Below are positions 58,481 to 64,000 of a stretch of 64,000 nt of DNA, piece by piece. Position 1 is the first letter of the stretch, and every line of letters begins with the position of its first letter. The stretch covers positions 3,711-67,710 of IMG/VR virus record IMGVR_UViG_3300024344_000003; one strand, written 5' to 3'. The translations under genes were made by a program, and so were the position numbers. A model generated the notes under the pieces. The model saw nothing but the letters and a program-made list of their open reading frames with translations. It was not told where the DNA came from and searched no databases. This DNA comes from a virus.

Positions 58481-59229
58481 AAAAACCAATGTTAATTGCG
58501 GGACCTTGCAGTCTTGAAGACTGGCATACAGTAAGTACAACTGCTAAATATGGTAAATGTCTTGCTGCTAAATATGGCTTTGATTATGTATTTAAAGGAT
58601 CATTTGATAAAGCTAATAGAACATCTGTACTATCTAAAAGAGGTATAGGTATAGATGAAGCTAAATTTATGTTTAGATCTCTTAGAGAATATGGTATAGA
58701 AAAGATCACAACAGACATACATGAACCATGGCAAGCTAAAGCGCTAGAGCCATACGTAGATATAATACAAATACCTGCTTACCTATGTAGACAAACTGAT
58801 TTATTAGTTGCTGCAGGTGAAACAGGTAGAACTGTTAATATAAAGAAAGGACAATTTGTTAGTGGTAAGAATATGATACATGCTATTGATAAGGTAAGAG
58901 TTACAGGAAATAAAGATGTTATGTTGACTGAAAGAGGTAGTATGTTTGGCATGGGAGATCTTGTTGTAGATTTTAGACAGATAATCGACATGAAGGAATT
59001 AGGTGTACCAGTTATAATAGATTGTACTCATTCAATGCAAAAACCTAATTCAGGTAATACAACAAATGGTAATCCAGAGTATGCTATACACTTAGCTAAA
59101 GCTGCCAAAGCACTAGGCGTTGACGGTTATTTCTTTGAGATACATCCAAAACCAGAAAAGGCTTGGAGCGATGGATCGAATATGATCCAGTTAGATAAGT
59201 TTGATGATATGTTAAAAGCTATTTCTTAA
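58477..59229 (+). CDS. kdsA: Kdo-8-phosphate synthase
   Basis: IAGPCS, FDKANRTS (KdsA-type, not the KPRTS of DAHP synthase), QIPAYLCRQT, NIKKGQF, ERG, DCTHS, EIHP...SDG; likely start ATG 58477. Confidence 0.92.
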   Translation: MKKPMLIAGPCSLEDWHTVSTTAKYGKCLAAKYGFDYVFKGSFDKANRTSVLSKRGIGIDEAKFMFRSLREYGIEKITTDIHEPWQAKALEPYVDIIQIPAYLCRQTDLLVAAGETGRTVNIKKGQFVSGKNMIHAIDKVRVTGNKDVMLTERGSMFGMGDLVVDFRQIIDMKELGVPVIIDCTHSMQKPNSGNTTNGNPEYAIHLAKAAKALGVDGYFFEIHPKPEKAWSDGSNMIQLDKFDDMLKAIS

Positions 59230-59437
59230 CCTTTTCAAAAGCAGATATTCCAAAGCAACCTAATGTAACCCACACAAATGAGTTATATATTACTTCATTA
59301 ATTTGTAATCCACCATCTACATAGATAATGCTTGTTACAAGATCAGCTACAGCAAATAAAGTCATTACTATAAAGGATGCAAATCCTATTATATTTTTTT
59401 CGTTTATTTCGTTTTTATCTTTAAATAATTTCCACAT
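59219..59437 (-). CDS. Two-helix membrane protein (holin-like)
   Basis: 72 aa with two TM segments; converges on kdsA. Confidence 0.5.
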   Translation of the reverse strand: MWKLFKDKNEINEKNIIGFASFIVMTLFAVADLVTSIIYVDGGLQINEVIYNSFVWVTLGCFGISAFEKVKK

Positions 59438-59444
59438 AATTTAT

Positions 59445-59753
59445 TTATTTAGGTCCACATTTCCACTTTCTTCTAGCAATGTCATTAGGACAATCCCCGT
59501 TTTCATCTGGATTTTTACAATCAGGTATACCAGCAGATCTAGCACAATAGCTATCTTTACGTGACCCACCTTCTGGTTGAGGGTCTTTTAAATCACTATC
59601 AGGGTTTTCTCTCCTGTATTCATCTCTATCGGCTTGCGTCCAACTCTTATGCTTTTTTACTTTAAATGGTGATACCATATTATCTACCATCATATAGTTT
59701 CTTCTACGACCACAAGGTGTACATGAAAATGGATTATTTTTTTGTACGTACAT
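59445..59753 (-). CDS. Small Cys-containing late protein (RKxSYCARS motif)
   Basis: GGSRKDSYCARSAG...ARRKWKC; SPFK motif. Confidence 0.6.
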   Translation of the reverse strand: MYVQKNNPFSCTPCGRRRNYMMVDNMVSPFKVKKHKSWTQADRDEYRRENPDSDLKDPQPEGGSRKDSYCARSAGIPDCKNPDENGDCPNDIARRKWKCGPK

Positions 59754-59759
59754 ATTCTA

Positions 59760-59930
59760 TTATCTTGGTACACAGTTAGGTACTGTTTTACCGTTTTTCT
59801 TTTTTGTTCCAACCATCTCGTAATTATCCCAACACGGATCGCTGTCATTTTTCTTTAACGGTGAAATCATTTTGTTAGGAGCTCCCAAACCTCGTGGGCC
59901 ACATCCTTTTTTCTTTAATGGTGTTGTCAT
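59760..59930 (-). CDS. Small late protein (56 aa) with CW...VPNCVP motif
   Basis: Hand-translated MTTPLKKKGCGPRGLGAPNKMISPLKKNDSDPCWDNYEMVGTKKKNGKTVPNCVPR; ATGA overlap. Confidence 0.7.
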   Translation of the reverse strand: MTTPLKKKGCGPRGLGAPNKMISPLKKNDSDPCWDNYEMVGTKKKNGKTVPNCVPR

Positions 59931-60664
59931 AATGTTATATTTACTTTAGATCCTTCTCCAGGACCAGATCCTTGATATTTAGCAAACTTTCTAATTTTTT
60001 GGTAAGTTGTAAGATCTGGATTGTCTTTTAGTTCTTGTTTAAAAGCATCCATTCCTCCCTCTTTAGCATCGTTAAAATTGTACCTATCCTGATATGAATA
60101 AGTTCCATCATCATTTTTTGTAAATGCCATTTGTCCAAACGTAGTTTTTAAAGCATATTTAGGATCAGTCATTCTTTTTAATAAATCCATGGTACTTTCT
60201 TCATTATCACCACCAACATCTCCATATTGACTATTAGTACCATAATCTTTATATTCAATTCTATCACTTCCTCTTTTTTCCGCGTTTTTTGTAGCTTCTA
60301 ACAAAGCTTCTTTTTCATCATCATCTAAATGCCTTTCAGTAATATCACGATCACGTCCTAATACATCACCCGCAAGAGCACGTACGTTTATTGGTACTTT
60401 ATTTTGTATACTCTGTGGTATAATAAAATCTTCCCAATCTGTGTCTTTAAACTTATTAACTAAATTAGATCCTAGATTAGCCATTGTACCAAGAAAAGTA
60501 CTACCTGGTGATGTAGAGCTTGCTACTACTGTTTGTTTTAAAGCAGAAGGTTGATACTCAGTATTAGGTAATACAGTTTTCTTCTTTATGTTTAAACTTG
60601 TAGGTCTAACATAATTAGCTTTAAACTCACTTGGAACACTGTTATCTTTTAATCTAAAACTCAT
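59927..60664 (-). CDS. Putative virion cargo protein
   Basis: 245 aa; MSFRLK...PSALKQ N-terminus. Confidence 0.6.
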   Translation of the reverse strand: MSFRLKDNSVPSEFKANYVRPTSLNIKKKTVLPNTEYQPSALKQTVVASSTSPGSTFLGTMANLGSNLVNKFKDTDWEDFIIPQSIQNKVPINVRALAGDVLGRDRDITERHLDDDEKEALLEATKNAEKRGSDRIEYKDYGTNSQYGDVGGDNEESTMDLLKRMTDPKYALKTTFGQMAFTKNDDGTYSYQDRYNFNDAKEGGMDAFKQELKDNPDLTTYQKIRKFAKYQGSGPGEGSKVNITL

Positions 60665-60666
60665 AA

Positions 60667-61152
60667 TTAGTTATTTTTTCTAGGGTTTGCAACAACTGGA
60701 TTAGGTGGATTTGGTGGAGTAGTTATTCTATCTACTCTAGGAGCAGGTGAATTATTACTTTGACTTATATTAGGATTATTATTATTGCTAGGTCTAGAAG
60801 GATGTTGACTATAAATAGGTTGATACCTATGTGGACTATAATAAAAATAATTAGGTGTAATAGGGTATCTGTTAGTAGGATAAGTATTATAGTTATATAT
60901 AGGTCTTATAACATCTATAGGTAATTTTAAAGTATCTCCTTCTGCTGTTACAGCTAACACAGATGTTATCTTCATTTGAGGTTGTCTATATACTGTACAA
61001 CTAGATAGTACACCAACTAGAATTATAGCAGCTAGAACTGCTATTGATATTACTTTACCATAATCTCTTTGTCTTTCTGTCATTTTTTTAAATTTTACGT
61101 TTATTGTTTCTTTGAAATGTTTTTTAAATGATTTACAGTTTTGAATATACAT
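60667..61152 (-). CDS. Lipoprotein with Pro-rich tail (o-spanin-like)
   Basis: Signal and lipobox ILVGVLSSC (likely start MTERQR); Pro/Asn-rich C-terminus; next to the endolysin. Confidence 0.5.
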   Translation of the reverse strand: MYIQNCKSFKKHFKETINVKFKKMTERQRDYGKVISIAVLAAIILVGVLSSCTVYRQPQMKITSVLAVTAEGDTLKLPIDVIRPIYNYNTYPTNRYPITPNYFYYSPHRYQPIYSQHPSRPSNNNNPNISQSNNSPAPRVDRITTPPNPPNPVVANPRKNN

Positions 61153-61173
61153 ATATTTTTTTTAAATTAAACA

Positions 61174-61635
61174 TTAGATAACCATATATTTGGTTTTACC
61201 GTCTTCACGATAAGCTTTTAAACATCTATTTCTATTTGAACCAGGATCTACATAACTTACATGTACCCAATCAGGATTTTCATCCGTACCAAATTCCCAT
61301 ATCATCTGATCGTAATCTAAATTAGCTTTAATCCAGTTAAACATTTCTTTATTAGAAGCATTACCATATGTGTCGTCAATATCCATTGCTTGGCCTTTAC
61401 AATGTTGTGACTTAGCTGACCCACCGATAGCTTTATTTAATTCTGGTCCTCTATAGAACGAATTAATCTTTATAGGACCTCCTACGTGCATTCTAAGAGG
61501 TTCAAATATCTTTTCTGACAATAGTATCATACTTTGTAGGTGATCATCAGAGGGATCATTTTTTAAACCTAGCCTTAAAGCTGTTATACTGTGTACACCT
61601 TCTTTAAATGATACGTGTTTTGTTAATCTATTCAT
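61174..61635 (-). CDS. Endolysin, peptidase M15A family
   Basis: SFYR...N.AIGG...SQH..GQAMD...WVHVS. Confidence 0.85.
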   Translation of the reverse strand: MNRLTKHVSFKEGVHSITALRLGLKNDPSDDHLQSMILLSEKIFEPLRMHVGGPIKINSFYRGPELNKAIGGSAKSQHCKGQAMDIDDTYGNASNKEMFNWIKANLDYDQMIWEFGTDENPDWVHVSYVDPGSNRNRCLKAYREDGKTKYMVI

Positions 61636-61796
61636 TATGATTTTATAGCTTTCTTGACTGCTTTAGCTTTAGCTTTTAATTTAGCAGCTTTATCTTTTAT
61701 ATCACTAGCTTTAGCTAATATAATTTCATCTACAGTGGTTTTACTCCATAAGTAAGTCCACATATCTTTCCAATATTCTTTTGTTAATTTCCACAT
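61635..61796 (-). CDS. Small protein (53 aa)
   Basis: Hand-translated MWKLTKEYWKDMWTYLWSK...KAKAKAVKKAIKS; stop overlaps the endolysin ATG. Confidence 0.6.
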   Translation of the reverse strand: MWKLTKEYWKDMWTYLWSKTTVDEIILAKASDIKDKAAKLKAKAKAVKKAIKS

Positions 61797-61803
61797 ATTA
61801 TTA

Positions 61804-61950
61804 TTATTTATAAGGTATTAATTTATTTAATTTATTTTTTCTTTCTTCACAACCACAGTTATCTCCAGCTACACGCTGTACGATGTTTTTAATCCCAGTT
61901 GCTTTTGTTATTTTCTCTATTGTATCGCCTAAACCTTTACTAGCAGGCAT
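61804..61950 (-). CDS. Small protein (48 aa), GLGDT...CGC family
   Basis: Hand-translated MPASKGLGDTIEKITKATGIK...NCGCEERKNKLN. Confidence 0.65.
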   Translation of the reverse strand: MPASKGLGDTIEKITKATGIKNIVQRVAGDNCGCEERKNKLNKLIPYK

Positions 61951-61978
61951 TACAAAAAGGACAGTTAAAATCACACAT
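61940..61978 (-). CDS. Possible 12-aa Cys-rich micropeptide MCDFNCPFCNAC
   Basis: ATG 4 nt after the thioredoxin-like stop; overlaps the next start. Confidence 0.3.
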   Translation of the reverse strand: MCDFNCPFCNAC

Positions 61979-61982
61979 ATTT

Positions 61983-62393
61983 CTAAAATTTAGAAGCCGT
62001 ATTGACTTCGTTAATTGATTCTTGTATTTCTTCCAAGTCTGCAGGTAATACAAGATCTAACCCTGCTTTCCACATATCTTCTTTCACGCCACCTTTAAAT
62101 AATATAATTGTAGGTGCCATTCTGACTCTATATTCTTTTTTTGCAATAGGAGCATTAGATATATCTACTCTATAATAAATAGCATTTTCTAATTTATCCC
62201 ACTCAGCAAAACAATTTGCTTCGTTAAACTTTGCCCAAAACTCCACAACAATAGGGAGTTTATCGTCATCTCCAAATCTATGATGTTCATTAATTTTTTC
62301 TTCAAAATTAGAATCATCTATCCAATATTTATCTGGTACGTCTTCTTGACTAAAAGATATAAATGGTATTAAAAGTAGTATTAAAAATCTCAT
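61983..62393 (-). CDS. Secreted thioredoxin-fold protein lacking CxxC
   Basis: Signal peptide; IVVEFWAKFN, RVDI, YRVRMAPTIILFKGG. Confidence 0.65.
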   Translation of the reverse strand: MRFLILLLIPFISFSQEDVPDKYWIDDSNFEEKINEHHRFGDDDKLPIVVEFWAKFNEANCFAEWDKLENAIYYRVDISNAPIAKKEYRVRMAPTIILFKGGVKEDMWKAGLDLVLPADLEEIQESINEVNTASKF

Positions 62394-62677
62394 TATCGTT
62401 GTTTTTGTATTTCATATAATCTTTCATCGATTTTATCAAGTTTCTCTTTCATTTCCTCCACATCATCTTGCGTATCCATTATTGTCTGACGAATCAACTC
62501 ATCTTTTAGATCATATTCAACTCTATCAATAACTGGTGTCGGTAATTCTTTAGCTAAAGCTATATCAGATTGTAGTGTAAACCACATACCTGCTAACGTT
62601 ATTACAAATGCGACTATCATACCTATCGTTTTAAGGTCTAATGTTACTTTAGTATCTTCGCCTAATTGCTTTGCCAT
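62393..62677 (-). CDS. Single-TM coiled-coil protein (i-spanin-like)
   Basis: N-terminal TM followed by a coiled coil. Confidence 0.5.
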   Translation of the reverse strand: MAKQLGEDTKVTLDLKTIGMIVAFVITLAGMWFTLQSDIALAKELPTPVIDRVEYDLKDELIRQTIMDTQDDVEEMKEKLDKIDERLYEIQKQR

Positions 62678-62679
62678 GA

Positions 62680-63924
62680 TTATCTTAGTGTTATGTTAAT
62701 TCCAAAATTAGTATGATAAATTTCTGAATCCCAGAATTTAGTGTATTCTCCTTCAACAAACACTCCAACCATTTTTCCAACTTTCCATCCAAACATTAAA
62801 CCAGCTTGATAATCACTCCATTGTTCAGGTGTTGAATCTTGTCTTAAACCACCCTTGCCCCAGTTATCTCTATTAAGATAACTAAAATCTTCATCACCTT
62901 TTAAATACTTGTGATAAGGTAAAATCCAGTTAGCATAAGCATGCAACCAGAATTTATTTTTAAAGTGATAAAAGTCAGCTCCGATGATTGGTGCAATTTC
63001 ACCATATGGATCTAGAGTATCCCAAATATCATTATTATAACGATTCATAAGATCAGGGAAAACCTCATCTCTAAATACTTCATCTGTATGAGCTACAAGT
63101 ACATCGTTCTCGTCCATCCAAAACCATGCTGGAAATTGTACGTAGTTTCCGTCTTGATCATAATAATAAGCCGTGTAATAAGTATCGTAATATCCATATT
63201 CATATCCAAGGGTGTACCATGGATTAGCAGCTAAACCATTATCATCTGTTTCATTTAACCATATCTCAATTGGATTATATCCATAAGCTTTTTCATGTGT
63301 ACGATAAATAGCTCCTGCTGATATACTAAATTTCTTACCAATAGGTAGTCTTGCTCTAGCTTCAGCTGATTGATATTTAAAACCTATATTACCTTGCTCT
63401 CTTTGCTCTAGTTTTACTATGTGATAATCACCAGTGTGTCTAACAAAGAACCTTGAATTAATCCATTCTTCTCCACGTTTTCTTTCTTTTTCATAATGCA
63501 CAAGATATTCTAAACCTTCAACAGCAGCTGTAGGAGCAGATAAACCAACATTATTTTCGTCTTCACCTATACCGTTATAAAAGTTGTTACCTTTAACTTC
63601 ATAATCAAATCTTGCTAGTTTTCTAATACCTATACCATATCTGTAATCAAACGGATGATATACTGTTTGATCTACTACATCTGGAATAGCATATAAATTA
63701 TCGGGATCAGTTCTTACAAAGAAATCAGGTCTTTGTGTTTCGTATGCGCTACCTATATTACCAGCAGCGTAAAACGTTCCATATTTAAGGAAGTCTTTAT
63801 ACAAGTCTTTAAAGAATGTTGAATTCTTTTTTTCTTTAATAGCCTCTGTATAAGTTATTTCATCATTTTGAGCTAATGAACTAAAGCTCACTAACATGCA
63901 AAGTATTAATAATAGTTTTTTCAT
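62680..63924 (-). CDS. Secreted, probable outer-membrane beta-barrel protein
   Basis: Sec signal MKKLLLILCMLVSFSSLAQ; aromatic-rich amphipathic strands; ends HTNFGINITLR. Confidence 0.55.
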   Translation of the reverse strand: MKKLLLILCMLVSFSSLAQNDEITYTEAIKEKKNSTFFKDLYKDFLKYGTFYAAGNIGSAYETQRPDFFVRTDPDNLYAIPDVVDQTVYHPFDYRYGIGIRKLARFDYEVKGNNFYNGIGEDENNVGLSAPTAAVEGLEYLVHYEKERKRGEEWINSRFFVRHTGDYHIVKLEQREQGNIGFKYQSAEARARLPIGKKFSISAGAIYRTHEKAYGYNPIEIWLNETDDNGLAANPWYTLGYEYGYYDTYYTAYYYDQDGNYVQFPAWFWMDENDVLVAHTDEVFRDEVFPDLMNRYNNDIWDTLDPYGEIAPIIGADFYHFKNKFWLHAYANWILPYHKYLKGDEDFSYLNRDNWGKGGLRQDSTPEQWSDYQAGLMFGWKVGKMVGVFVEGEYTKFWDSEIYHTNFGINITLR

Positions 63925-64000
63925 TGTCTAGATTTTTTCTTTCTTGTTTTCTTTTTAGTCTTACTAGTTCTAAAATTATATTTAGGTCTCTCTATGCCAA

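Noticed and set aside
42772-58991. Short minus-strand track ORFs in the right arm (e.g. 42772, 45150, 51708, 55391, 58779)
   Set aside because: Antisense shadows of recognisable plus-strand genes
58417-59229. DAHP synthase call
   Set aside because: KANRTS motif and adjacent kdsB identify Kdo-8-P synthase
1-64000. Stop-codon reassignment as in some crAss-like phages
   Set aside because: Standard code gives dense, full-length genes, and TAG and TGA end intact genes (e.g. ligase, GT neighbours)

Overview
The window is a large part of a lytic, AT-rich dsDNA tailed phage genome with podovirus, crAss-like gene order. The host is most likely a Bacteroidota (Flavobacteriia) bacterium, inferred from A/T-rich starts lacking Shine-Dalgarno sites. 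Family assignments come from motif recognition only; no searches were run. Left arm (1-37670, minus strand): internal/ejection proteins, tail nozzle, MCP, scaffold, portal, TerL/TerS, fibres, putative capsid-cargo proteins and GroEL/GroES. A divergent control region with inverted repeats lies at about 37700-38200. Right arm (38221-59229, plus strand): early genes behind six copies of a 34-bp promoter-like motif, a 98-nt alanine-identity tRNA/tmRNA-like RNA, ligase, sigma factor, ERF, RecE-like nuclease, SSB, primase-helicase, RNR and a kdsB-methyltransferase-kdsA block. No DNA polymerase is seen. Lysis and envelope genes follow on the minus strand (59219-64000). The leading candidate for a new system is phage-encoded Kdo glycosylation. 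It combines KdsA and KdsB with a KpsS/KpsC-like transferase in a fibre cassette that also holds two mucin-like Thr-rich decamer-repeat proteins and an RMT2/GAMT-like methyltransferase fused to a degenerate Hint domain. Separately, the thymidylate-synthase-fold gene carries the T4 gp42 dCMP-hydroxymethylase signature, so modified cytosine in DNA is an alternative sugar acceptor.
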